Source of the DNA: Promethearchaeota archaeon
GTDB taxonomy: Archaea > Asgardarchaeota > Lokiarchaeia > Sigyniarchaeales > SOKP01
Length of the DNA: 64,000 nucleotides
Reading direction: 5' to 3'
Assembly: GCA_030603385.1 (NCBI GenBank)
Contig: JAUVXW010000006.1
Coordinates: forward strand, 85,220 to 149,219
The notes below the pieces were generated by a model. That model was not told the origin of the DNA and searched no databases. It was given only the letters and a program-made list of their open reading frames with translations. Within the stretch, counting starts at the first letter, position 1; each line of letters begins with the position of its first letter. Both the position numbers and the translations under genes were made by a program. Positions 1-9,374 of this stretch are shown here, piece after piece.

Positions 1-566
1 ATCACTTTAGAAATAGGTAAGTCTTGTGAAGGGTTCCACCACCCCATTGCGCCAGCTAATCCTCCAGATTGTGCTATAAAACTTACACCTTCTTTTACAT
101 TTCGATGTTTTTGCATAAGGTATTGTCTTACTGGGATGATTGAAGTAGTAAAATTATTTATAAAATTAATAATACCAAGCATAGAGGGTCCCATGTATGA
201 AACAGCATACTTCTTACTAATTAAGTTCAATTTTTCTATCAAATCTGGATCAGTGGTATCTATTCTTAATTCAGATTCAATTGCAATATTTTTAATCCCA
301 AATTTTGCTAACTTTTCAAATATATGAGGTATATTTTTACCAAGAACGATAACAGCTAATTCTGGGATCTCTGGTAACTCTTCTATTGAGTGATACGACT
401 TAATACCTAATATTTCATCAGCATTAGGATTTAGAATGTACACTTTTCCTCTGTAAAATATCTCTAAGAGGTTTTTTAGGATGGTATAACTAAAAGTATA
501 GGCTTTTCTTGAAGCACCAACTATTAAAATACTGTTAGGATTAAAGAAGGGCTCGAGATTTTTCAA
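1..566 (-). CDS. Acyl-CoA synthetase (ADP-forming) alpha subunit / CoA-binding protein; its C-terminal part runs off the window edge
   Basis: Manual translation from TTG at 566 gives MKNLEPFFNPNSILIVGASRK...YILNPNADEILGIKSYHSIEELPEIPELAVIV...LGIIN...FIAQSGGLAG, the CoA-binding domain of the ACD family. Absent from the ORF track because it has no stop inside the window. Confidence 0.85.
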   Translation of the reverse strand, partial: MKNLEPFFNPNSILIVGASRKAYTFSYTILKNLLEIFYRGKVYILNPNADEILGIKSYHSIEELPEIPELAVIVLGKNIPHIFEKLAKFGIKNIAIESELRIDTTDPDLIEKLNLISKKYAVSYMGPSMLGIINFINNFTTSIIPVRQYLMQKHRNVKEGVSFIAQSGGLAGAMGWWNPSQDLPISKV

Positions 567-767
567 GTTTAATATTCAAATGGTTTTAATATTTATTAAT
601 TTTAAGAATATACACAATTTATTATAGTTTATAATTCAACTAAGTCAATTTTAGCATTTAAAAAATATTAAAATAAATTAAAAGGCTATTAATAAATTAA
701 TTTCCTATTCAAAATATTGCTCTAGGGTTTTAGGATTAATAATTTTAATGCAAGTAAAAAAAAGGTT

Positions 768-1400
768 TTAAGTAGTTGCAAATTCCATTTCATAAAAAGG
801 TATTTCTCTTCTTTTCTTAGCATCATATAAAGGTAAGCCTGATCGTTTCAAAAGTTCAGGAGTTTTATAGTTTAGAATAACAGTTTGACAGGGACTCGAT
901 ATTTTCATAGAAGCAACGCGGAGGCGATCTCTTACTAATGGAAGATTTCTTATATGAGTTCCGACATCAACAATAACTTGTCCTGCTCTAACTCGGGCAG
1001 CCACGCCCATTGATCGACCAAAGGAATTTCTCATGCCTGATTGCACTCTATCTGCACCTGCAAAAGCTAACATACGATTCTCTCGAATTTTTTGAAAAGG
1101 CTTGGGTCTTATTCGTAATCGATAGTTTTGTCTTCCTAATTTACGTTGAAGAACCCCGTTTATCGTAATCCTAATTGCTTCAAGTGAATTAGAGGAGATT
1201 TGAATCTGTCTGTTAACCTTAAGACCCACTACTAAATCAAAAGATTCCCACGGCATTTCTTTATTCCCACCCCAGAAGCGTACAATCTTAGACTGAGCGC
1301 CTCCACGAGCATATTCCCTACGATGATTTGCAGATCTCTTATGCTGGTATGGTCTCCTCGACCATTTACTATAACAATGCCAAGGGCGTCTTGAAGCCAT
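768..1400 (-). CDS. rpl10e: 50S ribosomal protein uL16 (L10e)
   Basis: RRPWHCY N-terminus and RENRMLAFAGADRVQSGMRNSFG motif of archaeal/eukaryotic L10e. A GGTGA Shine-Dalgarno-like site 5 nt before ATG 1400 favours that start over GTG 1409. Confidence 0.95.
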   Translation of the reverse strand: MASRRPWHCYSKWSRRPYQHKRSANHRREYARGGAQSKIVRFWGGNKEMPWESFDLVVGLKVNRQIQISSNSLEAIRITINGVLQRKLGRQNYRLRIRPKPFQKIRENRMLAFAGADRVQSGMRNSFGRSMGVAARVRAGQVIVDVGTHIRNLPLVRDRLRVASMKISSPCQTVILNYKTPELLKRSGLPLYDAKKRREIPFYEMEFATT

Positions 1401-1655
1401 CCCAATCACCTTTTTGAAGAGTTTCCTTTATCTTTATCAGAAATTGGTTAATCTGATTAAAATTAGTTTTTTTAGTTATTTATTAATAATAATTTAAATC
1501 TAATAAGTTTTTTGAAAGTTACAGTAGAAGTTAATGAATTTATAAAATCAGAAGAGAAAATTTAGATATACTTATAATTGATTAACAAATTATATAAAAA
1601 TCTTGTTAGATACTAAGAATTTGTGAGTTAAAATTTGATTTTCAGATATTTCTAA

Positions 1656-2816
1656 TTGTTTCTTAAAAGTATCATGATTGATATAAACACCGCATTAACA
1701 CTAAAAACAGAATTACTTTGTAAAGGTTTATATCTGGATGAGGGATTAATCGAACATTATAAAGCTCAAGGAATAAATATCGATTATGGTAGAAAAGGAG
1801 GAGCTGGTCCCTCTGGAGGGAGATATTTTTTACTAGAAGATGGAATTACTTTAACAAATGTTGTTCTATGGGATGATCCTAAAAGAACAGATTTGTTCTT
1901 AAAAGAGAATAAAGAAGGCTACTTCCAGGTCTATAATGAAAAAAGAAATGAATTATTTTCTCGATTGAAACTAATCCGAAATCCTCGTTTCTATAGTCCT
2001 GAATTTAAAACTTCAGATGGAATACCAATGAAAAAAATTGCTTTAGTTCATGGAATCGATTGTCTCGCAAGCACCATCTATCAAAAGTGTGTATATTGGG
2101 GATGTGGTGAGGCATGCTCATTCTGTGGCATTGAAGTAAGTTTACAAAATGATTCAACTATAATAGAAAAAAATGCCAAACAGATGTCAGAAGTCATAGA
2201 TGCCGCTAAAAAGGAAGGGAGGTGCAATCATATGACTTTAACGAGTGGGACAGATGAAACAATTGATAAGGGTGCAAATAGATATATTGAATTACTAAAA
2301 GGAGTTAAAAAAAATCATCCTGATCTCCCATTACATATACAAATTGAAGCATTAGAAGATCTGGAGTACATTAACAAATTAAAAGAAGCTGGAGCAGATA
2401 CAATTGGCATCCATATTGAAGTTCTTGAAGAGAAGTTAAGAAGAGACATAACTCCTGGAAAATTTCACCTATCTTATCAACTTTTTGAAGAAAATTGGAA
2501 ACATGCAATTAATGTGTTTGGGGATAATCAAGTTAGCAGCTATGTTTTAACCGGCTTTGGAGAAGAAAAAACTAATTTTCTTGAAGATGTAGAAAAACTT
2601 ATTTCAGTTGGAGTAATTCCGTATATAACTCCTGTAAGATCTATTCCTGGAAAACGTAAACTTCCCTTAACTGACTGCAATGAGTTGTTGGATATATATC
2701 AAAGAAGTGCTGACTTGATGAGGGAGTATGGGGTTAATCCATTAAAAAGTAAGGCTGGATGCGTTAGGTGCAGTGGATGTTCAGCAATTAATGAAGCGTA
2801 TAAAGCTGTAGTTTGA
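1656..2816 (+). CDS. Radical SAM protein, MSMEG_0568-like family
   Basis: GRKGGAGPSGG N-terminal motif, expanded CxxxxxxxxCxxC cluster motif (CVYWGCGEACSFC) and C-terminal AGCVRCSGCS. Confidence 0.8.
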   Translation: MFLKSIMIDINTALTLKTELLCKGLYLDEGLIEHYKAQGINIDYGRKGGAGPSGGRYFLLEDGITLTNVVLWDDPKRTDLFLKENKEGYFQVYNEKRNELFSRLKLIRNPRFYSPEFKTSDGIPMKKIALVHGIDCLASTIYQKCVYWGCGEACSFCGIEVSLQNDSTIIEKNAKQMSEVIDAAKKEGRCNHMTLTSGTDETIDKGANRYIELLKGVKKNHPDLPLHIQIEALEDLEYINKLKEAGADTIGIHIEVLEEKLRRDITPGKFHLSYQLFEENWKHAINVFGDNQVSSYVLTGFGEEKTNFLEDVEKLISVGVIPYITPVRSIPGKRKLPLTDCNELLDIYQRSADLMREYGVNPLKSKAGCVRCSGCSAINEAYKAVV

Positions 2817-2908
2817 ATTAATTCCTTTTAAAAAATTCACTTAAAATTTAAAATCTTTTTTACGTTTTTAATAAATAAATAAATTAAATTGTAACTAGTA
2901 ATCTTACG

Positions 2909-3790
2909 ATGTTGTTAAAAGGAAAGAATATTGTTATTACCGGCGCAGGTAGAGGCATTGGGAGAGCCGTAGCAATAGCATGTGCTAAAGAGGGAGCAAA
3001 TGTTGGATTAACTTCAAGAACGATTGAACAGTTAAATGCCGTGAAAGAGGAAATCGAAGGTTTAGGGACTGATGTAAATTGTATAATAAAGTCCGCAGAT
3101 ATTACAAGATTAACTGAAGTTTTAGAAACTTTTATGACATTTCATGGTGAACTTGGTCAATTAAATGGTGTAATTGCTAATGCTGGAGCATCGTGGCGGG
3201 CAAGTGTTCATGAAGTACCTCCAGAGAAATTTGAAATGGTTATTAATACTAATATTTTAGGTGTTTTTTACACTTTTAGAGCCGCATATCCCTATTTAAA
3301 AAGAGACGATAAGAATGATAAAGCAAGGTTCATAATAACCGGAAGTGCCGTTTATCCCTCTGTGATGGGGGGATTTTCCTCATATACAGCGTCGAAATAT
3401 GGGGTCGTAGGATTGCAAAGGGAGTTAGCAACGGAGTATAAAAAAGAAAATATACTTGTAAATATGATACTTCCTATGCAGGTAGATACAAAACTGTTGA
3501 GAGGGAGACGAGCTGGTGATGGGAATAAACCATCAGGTGTACTGAATCCTGAAGATTTGAATGACTATTACTTGTTTGTTCTATCTTATGAGGCAAATAG
3601 AGTAAATGATGAGTTAATCTATCCCAGCAATTTCGAAGCCATGAAAATGATAATAAAGGAAGCACCTGAAGAAAAAAAAGAAGATTGGGATACATTTAAG
3701 GTATTTTTAGAAGAGAAATCTCCAAACTTGTATAACAACGTTAAGAAATATGGAAAGTTAGGTGAATTTATTTTAAATCGTTCAAAATAA
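2909..3790 (+). CDS. Short-chain dehydrogenase/reductase (SDR)
   Basis: TGAGRGIG Rossmann motif, NAG, and YTASK (YxxxK). Confidence 0.92.
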   Translation: MLLKGKNIVITGAGRGIGRAVAIACAKEGANVGLTSRTIEQLNAVKEEIEGLGTDVNCIIKSADITRLTEVLETFMTFHGELGQLNGVIANAGASWRASVHEVPPEKFEMVINTNILGVFYTFRAAYPYLKRDDKNDKARFIITGSAVYPSVMGGFSSYTASKYGVVGLQRELATEYKKENILVNMILPMQVDTKLLRGRRAGDGNKPSGVLNPEDLNDYYLFVLSYEANRVNDELIYPSNFEAMKMIIKEAPEEKKEDWDTFKVFLEEKSPNLYNNVKKYGKLGEFILNRSK

Positions 3791-3819
3791 TTTTCTTAGA
3801 AATAATAAAATAAAAATGA

Positions 3820-5124
3820 TTACGTAAAGGGATTTTTATCCTTAAGTATTTTCTGTTGATACTCCATTAAAGGGGGTGGGCATAACCCTATTTTAGTTGC
3901 TTCTTTCTTAATAGATTTCATAATTTCACCTAAATTTACAGATACAGGACACCAATGGCGGCAATTCTCACAACCAGTACACAAGAACAGACCATCTTTT
4001 ACCGCAGCTTCAATCCCATTGTGAATGTAATCTCGGATAATGCCCTCAGCCCCTAATCCATATTTTGAAGCAAATATATTGCCAAATGCCCGTGAAGCAG
4101 TACATGCATAATTACAAGTTCTACAACCTACACATTTCAGAAAATCTTTATAGATTTTATCTTTCTTCAATGCATTTGTACGCCAATCATCCACAAGAAT
4201 TACAACAACCTCTTTAGCACCATACATCCCAAGGACTCTTTCACCTTGAACATCAGAAGTATTTGAGGGTCCCGCAATAAGGCTAATATAACTAAATGAC
4301 ACATTATTTATTCTTGTTTGTAGCTTTGCTACAAGTACAGCATCTAAAATAGTGGGTACGATTTTAGTAATTCCACATACGACAATGTGCTTTTCAGTTG
4401 CTCGCGTTAACAGACTTATATTTCCCTCATTCTCACCAAGTATAATTGTACCATCTTCAGCAGAAATCACATTAGCAGAAGTTAATGATACTTTTACATC
4501 ATTAAGTAGTTCTTTACGATAAGTTTCTCGATAATATTTGACAATTGCGCTAGCTTTTGGTTCTAGTTCTACTCCATGAACCTCTTTTATTTTTGCAACG
4601 ATTTCTTCCCTAGTAAAATGAGCACCGGGGCCTATTCCAAAACTAGGTAATTTATAATCAAATAATTGAACAAGAACATCCCCTAGATCCGTTTCTTTAA
4701 TCTCAATGTTATTATTTTTTAAAACGTCGATAATTCCAATATCTTTTGCTTCATTTGACTTAGATTTATAGATTACCTTAGCCTCTCCAATTTCCTTCAT
4801 AAAAATATCTTGGGCTTCTTCATTAGTTTTTGCCAAATATACTGTCATATTATTTGCTTCGCGCATTACTTTTATACATTTTTCCACGTAATAATCCATG
4901 TTCTGAACGAATTCCTCTTTCATTGCAATAAGTTGATCTCTATACTTTTCAACAAATTCGCGACTACTATCTTCATAAAGGTATCTTAGATCATGTTGTC
5001 GGAATTTTATATTAGATGCAAATTTCCAAAACATTCCGAATTTATTTTCTAGCGTTCCCTCTTTTTGTACAGTATCGATCTTACTCTTAATTTTTTCATA
5101 AAATTCTTTTCCTTTATCACTCAC
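3820..5124 (-). CDS. LUD-domain / LutB-like iron-sulfur protein (lactate-utilisation family)
   Basis: KSKS, ETDLGD, ENEGN and GPSNTSD motifs plus two ferredoxin clusters (CVGCRTCNYAC, CTGCENCRHWCP). Confidence 0.85.
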   Translation of the reverse strand: MSDKGKEFYEKIKSKIDTVQKEGTLENKFGMFWKFASNIKFRQHDLRYLYEDSSREFVEKYRDQLIAMKEEFVQNMDYYVEKCIKVMREANNMTVYLAKTNEEAQDIFMKEIGEAKVIYKSKSNEAKDIGIIDVLKNNNIEIKETDLGDVLVQLFDYKLPSFGIGPGAHFTREEIVAKIKEVHGVELEPKASAIVKYYRETYRKELLNDVKVSLTSANVISAEDGTIILGENEGNISLLTRATEKHIVVCGITKIVPTILDAVLVAKLQTRINNVSFSYISLIAGPSNTSDVQGERVLGMYGAKEVVVILVDDWRTNALKKDKIYKDFLKCVGCRTCNYACTASRAFGNIFASKYGLGAEGIIRDYIHNGIEAAVKDGLFLCTGCENCRHWCPVSVNLGEIMKSIKKEATKIGLCPPPLMEYQQKILKDKNPFT

Positions 5125-5857
5125 TTATCGGTTCAACTCCCTCCATTAATTTAGCAATAAAATCCTCAAATTTGATAACGGGTTTCCTAATATTATTATC
5201 CTCTCTAATTCTATTCAATGCTGTATAACAAAAAGGACAAGCTGTTAATAGAGCTTTACCCTTTTTCATATTTTCAAAAATTGTCTTTGCATTATAATCG
5301 CTATTTTCCTTGAATATTGAATAAACGCCTCCTCCCGCACCACAACATATACTTTTGGTTTTATTATAATCTGATTCTATTAATTCAATGTTTTCAATTG
5401 AATTTAAGATTATTCTTGGCTCTTCAATTATTGGAACAGATGAATTTCTTAGGTGACATGCGTCATGATAATTTACTTTTAGACTCTTTCCCGAGTATTT
5501 TAAATTTAATTTATGTAAATTTTGAGGTTCCGCTAAAAATTGGAGGAAATGCTGTATTTTGACCGTAAATTCAGAACCTAAAAACTCTTTATAATAACGA
5601 GTAAAATAGGAATAACATCCTGCACAAATTGTTACAAGCTCAGTGATATTATTTGTTTTAAACCAATTGTTCACGAATTCAACATGTTTTTTCATAATTT
5701 CATCTGAAGTCATGTTATATGCTAAAGAACCACAACAAGGAGGATTTTCTATTACTTGATACTCACGATCTAAGAACTGGATTATTTTGATTGCATTTTT
5801 ACAAGTAGAATCATAGAACCGAGTGCTTAAACATCCAAGATAGATAAGTTTACTCAT
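5117..5857 (-). CDS. CCG-domain Fe-S protein (LutA/GlpC/HdrB-like)
   Basis: Two CCG motifs (PCCGS, ICCGAGGG), YHDACHL and TACPFC. Overlaps the start of the LutB-like gene, indicating an operon. Confidence 0.85.
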   Translation of the reverse strand: MSKLIYLGCLSTRFYDSTCKNAIKIIQFLDREYQVIENPPCCGSLAYNMTSDEIMKKHVEFVNNWFKTNNITELVTICAGCYSYFTRYYKEFLGSEFTVKIQHFLQFLAEPQNLHKLNLKYSGKSLKVNYHDACHLRNSSVPIIEEPRIILNSIENIELIESDYNKTKSICCGAGGGVYSIFKENSDYNAKTIFENMKKGKALLTACPFCYTALNRIREDNNIRKPVIKFEDFIAKLMEGVEPISE

Positions 5858-5993
5858 GATTAATTATGATTTTTAATATTTATTAATCTTAAATTAGATT
5901 GAATAAAATTAAAACCAAATTCTTTTATGAGTCAATAATGATTTTTATAAAGAATCTAGCATTTATCAGAAACAAAAGTTACATTAGCTAAAG

Positions 5994-7121
5994 ATGGTTA
6001 TAGTGTCAAAAACTAAATATTATAAAGATCTCATTGAACGTTTTAATAATTGGATCTTTCGTTTACCCGATTCCAAACAACTTATGCCTCTTCTTAAAAT
6101 AGCGTTTACACCCGAAGAAGCTCAGTTCCTTGCGAAGATTCCTTTTATAGGACATACTGCAGAGCAACTTTCCGAGAAGATAGCTATGCCTGTAAAAGAA
6201 CTTACAGAAAAATTAGAGAGTTTTGCTAGAAAAGGTATTGTCTTTCGCTATGATGATGGATCTACTATTCGTTATTCACTTTGTGATTCAAATTTTATAT
6301 TTTATAGATCTATTGGCTGGAAAGGGGAAGATAATAAATTTAATCGAAAGATCTCACCCTACCTAAATCAATATTATATTGATGCTTTTGCTATAGAGTT
6401 TTTAGACCACCCCACTCAGGGACTCCGAGCAATTCCAATAAATGAAACTATTAAAGATACACGTCAAGTTGTACCATATGAGGATATCATAAAAGTTGTT
6501 GATAATTTCAAATACTATTCTGTATCAAAATGTCCATGCAGTCATAGACATAATCTTGATTCTGATTTTGAAGTATGTGAACATGAATTAGAACGGTGCT
6601 TACATTTTGATACCCTTGGTAAATATTGCGTAGAAAATGGATTAGGCAGAGAAATTACAAAAGAAGAAACTCTAGAAATACTGAAACGAGCTGCTGATGC
6701 TGGGTTGGTCCATGGGATTTCAAATACACAGGGTCGAATGGATACTATTTGTAACTGTTGTTCCTGTTGCTGTTTGTACTTAGAATCAGTAGTAAAGATG
6801 CCTGGAATAGTTCCCCGGGGACACCAGCCTTCAAATTATATACGAGAAGCTGATGATGAAAAGTGTACAGGATGTGGTGTTTGTGTTAGATCGTGTCCGA
6901 TGAAAGCACTTGAACTTGAAGATAAGAAAGTTATTTTCAATCCAGATAGATGCATAGGCTGTGGTGTATGTGCACATAAATGTAAACAAAATGCCAGTTA
7001 TATGGTACATCGCGATGGAGAACAAGATTTTCCGAAAGATCCTAGAGAACAGGCAATAAGATTTCTCACTGAAAGAGAACTTGATCCCAACGAAGTTTTT
7101 AGAAAGAATTTTTTGGGGTAA
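5994..7121 (+). CDS. 4Fe-4S binding protein (CPC / CNCCxCCC type with C-terminal ferredoxin)
   Basis: CPCS, ICNCCSCCC, CTGCGVCVRSCP and CIGCGVCAHKC motifs. Confidence 0.85.
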   Translation: MVIVSKTKYYKDLIERFNNWIFRLPDSKQLMPLLKIAFTPEEAQFLAKIPFIGHTAEQLSEKIAMPVKELTEKLESFARKGIVFRYDDGSTIRYSLCDSNFIFYRSIGWKGEDNKFNRKISPYLNQYYIDAFAIEFLDHPTQGLRAIPINETIKDTRQVVPYEDIIKVVDNFKYYSVSKCPCSHRHNLDSDFEVCEHELERCLHFDTLGKYCVENGLGREITKEETLEILKRAADAGLVHGISNTQGRMDTICNCCSCCCLYLESVVKMPGIVPRGHQPSNYIREADDEKCTGCGVCVRSCPMKALELEDKKVIFNPDRCIGCGVCAHKCKQNASYMVHRDGEQDFPKDPREQAIRFLTERELDPNEVFRKNFLG

Positions 7122-7267
7122 ATTAACTTCCTTTTTATTTCAATGTATTTTATCAATTAGATAATCTTTAAAAAAAATTAATATAATTACAAAATCTTAT
7201 CTATTTGAGATTAATCATTTTTATGTAATTTTATTAAGAATCAAAATACTTCAATAAAACGATTTTT

Positions 7268-8923
7268 ATGGCAGAATTTGATAAAATTAAAGAAGATATG
7301 GAAGATTGGCAGAATTCTTATCCAACCAAAAAAGAGCGAAGAAAAAGTTTTAAAAATCTTTCTGATATAGAAATTAAACGTCTCTATACTCCAAATGATG
7401 TTAAAGAGCTTAATTATGAACTAGACTTAGGATTTCCCGGACAATATCCTTTTACTCGAGGAGCGTATCCTAATATGTATAGAGGCCGATTATGGACTAT
7501 GAGACAATTTGCCGGTTTTGGAACTGCTGAACAGACTAACAACCGCTATAAATTCTTAATCGAACATGGTCAAACTGGATTAAGCGTTGCTTTTAGTTTG
7601 CACACAATTTATGGTATTGAAGCAACCGATCAAAAGGCTTTGGGAGAAATTGGAAAGGAAGGAGTGGCGATTGATACACTGAAAGATATGGAAACACTTT
7701 TTGATGGTATTGATCTATCGAAGATTAGTACATCCATGACTATTAATGCACCAGCGTCTATTTTATTAGCAATGTACATAGTGACTGCCGAAAAACAAGG
7801 CCATTCTCCTGAGCAATTGAGAGGGACTATTCAAAATGATATTTTAAAGGAATATATCGCGCAGAAGTCATGGATATATCCCCCAGAACCATCGATGCGT
7901 TTAATTGTGGACACGATAGAATACTGTACTAACCATGTTCCACAATGGTATACAATCAGTATAAGTGGATATCATATTCGAGAGGCGGGTTCAACTGCAG
8001 TTCAAGAGTTAGCCTTCACTTTGGCTGATGGTTTTGCTTATGTTGAAGCTGCAATCGAAAGAGGTTTGGATGTTGATGATTTTGCCCCTCGGTTGTCTTT
8101 TTTCTTTAATTCTCATAACAACTTCTTCGAAGAAGTATGTAAATATAGGGCTGCTAGAAGGATTTGGGCTAAACATATGAAAAATAAATACGGAGCAAAA
8201 AAGCCAGAATCCTTGAGACTACGATTCCATACTCAAACAGCGGGGGTTTCTTTAACTGCCCAAGAACCTGAAAATAATATGGTGAGAGTAACACTTCAGG
8301 GTTTAGCTGCTGTTTTAGGAGGGACTCAATCATTACACACGAATTCTTTTGATGAAGCTTTATGTCTTCCTACTGAAAATGCTGTAAAAATAGCATTAAG
8401 GACACAGCAAATCATCGCACACGAATCAGGAGTAACTGATACAGTTGATCCCTTAGCTGGATCTTATTATGTGGAATGGCTTACAAATAAGATGGAAGAA
8501 GAAGCTGAGAATTACTTTCAGCAGATTGATGAATTGGGAGGGGTTATTCCTGCAATAAAAGCCAACTTCTTTCAAAAGGAAATAGCAAATGCCTCCTATA
8601 AATACCAACAAGAAATTGAGAACAGAGAAAGAACAATAGTCGCTGTAAACCAATATCAACAAAAAGAACCATGTACGATCCCTTTATTGAAAATTGATGA
8701 GGAAGTTGCGAAAGAACAGGTGAATACATTAAATAAAATAAAACAGGAACGAGATAACGATAAGATTCAAGAAAATCTATTAAAATTGAAAGAAGCCGCT
8801 AAAGGAACAGAAAACTTAATGCCTTATATTATGGATGCTATCAGAGTTTATGCCTCTATTGGAGAAATTATTAATACATTAAAAGAAGTATTTGGAGTAT
8901 ATTTTGAAGACTCGATTTTTTAA
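7268..8923 (+). CDS. B12-dependent acyl-CoA mutase large (substrate-binding) subunit, isobutyryl-CoA mutase-like
   Basis: PGQYPFTRG, WTMRQFAGFG, QNDILKEYIAQ, ISISGYHIREAG and QSLHTNSFDEA motifs. Phe/Gln occupy the positions that are Tyr/Arg in methylmalonyl-CoA mutase. Confidence 0.92.
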   Translation: MAEFDKIKEDMEDWQNSYPTKKERRKSFKNLSDIEIKRLYTPNDVKELNYELDLGFPGQYPFTRGAYPNMYRGRLWTMRQFAGFGTAEQTNNRYKFLIEHGQTGLSVAFSLHTIYGIEATDQKALGEIGKEGVAIDTLKDMETLFDGIDLSKISTSMTINAPASILLAMYIVTAEKQGHSPEQLRGTIQNDILKEYIAQKSWIYPPEPSMRLIVDTIEYCTNHVPQWYTISISGYHIREAGSTAVQELAFTLADGFAYVEAAIERGLDVDDFAPRLSFFFNSHNNFFEEVCKYRAARRIWAKHMKNKYGAKKPESLRLRFHTQTAGVSLTAQEPENNMVRVTLQGLAAVLGGTQSLHTNSFDEALCLPTENAVKIALRTQQIIAHESGVTDTVDPLAGSYYVEWLTNKMEEEAENYFQQIDELGGVIPAIKANFFQKEIANASYKYQQEIENRERTIVAVNQYQQKEPCTIPLLKIDEEVAKEQVNTLNKIKQERDNDKIQENLLKLKEAAKGTENLMPYIMDAIRVYASIGEIINTLKEVFGVYFEDSIF

Positions 8924-8937
8924 ATTGGTGAAATTAA

Positions 8938-9367
8938 ATGTCTAAAGATAAAATAATAAAGGTTCTTGTATGTAAGCCTGGGCTTGACGGGGGTTTTTAG
9001 AGCCTCCGGGCTTAACGGGCATGATAGAGGAGCCAAAGTTTTGGCTAGAGCTTTAAGAGATGCGGGAATGGAAGTTATTTATACAGGTATCCATCAAACG
9101 CCTGATGACATCGTTAATACTGTCATCCAAGAAGATCCTGATGCAGTAATGTTAAGTATATTATCAGGATCTCATAATGCTCTTTGTCCTATTATTATGC
9201 AAAAACTTAAGGAACAAGGTATCGATGATGTCCTTGTAGCTGTTGGAGGTATTATCCCTGATGAAGATAAACCTTTCTTAGAGGAACAGGGTTTGAAGGG
9301 ATTTTACGGACCAGGAACTAATTTGAGTACGATTGTTGAATTTGTGAAAAACAACTTAAAAAGATAA
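8938..9367 (+). CDS. Acyl-CoA mutase small, cobalamin-binding subunit; spliced gene join(8938..8986,9015..9367), 133 aa
   Basis: GGTGA 6 nt before ATG 8938. Exon 1 reads MSKDKIIKVLVCKPGL plus one G. Removing 8987-9014 gives ...[29 protein letters not shown]... with an intact DxHxxG, and 49+353=402 nt. The ORF-track call (8966, MYVSLG...) has a non-homologous N-terminus. Confidence 0.88.
8987..9014 (+). other. Putative 28-nt bulge-helix-bulge (BHB) intron in mRNA
   Basis: Outer helix GCCTG(8976-80)/CGGGC(9016-20). Central 4-bp helix GGCT(8981-84)/GGCT(9009-12). 3-nt bulges TGA(8985-87) and TAA(9013-15). Inner 8-bp stem CGGGGGTT(8988-95)/AGCCTCCG(9001-08) with loop TTTAG. Cuts after the second nucleotide of each bulge restore the frame and the Asp codon. 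Confidence 0.82.
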
Positions 9368-9374
9368 CAAAATA

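Noticed and set aside
8998-9000. Pyrrolysine or stop readthrough of the TAG, or ribosomal frameshifting on GGGGGTTTTT
   Set aside because: Readthrough does not restore the frame because the insert is 28 nt. A frameshift would leave about nine extra residues inside the DxHxxG motif. Precise excision explains the sequence better.
8966-9014. ORF-track N-terminus MYVSLGLTGVFRASGLN for the B12-binding subunit
   Set aside because: It is non-homologous, lacks the first beta-strand and has Asn in place of the motif Asp. The homologous N-terminus lies in another frame starting at ATG 8938.
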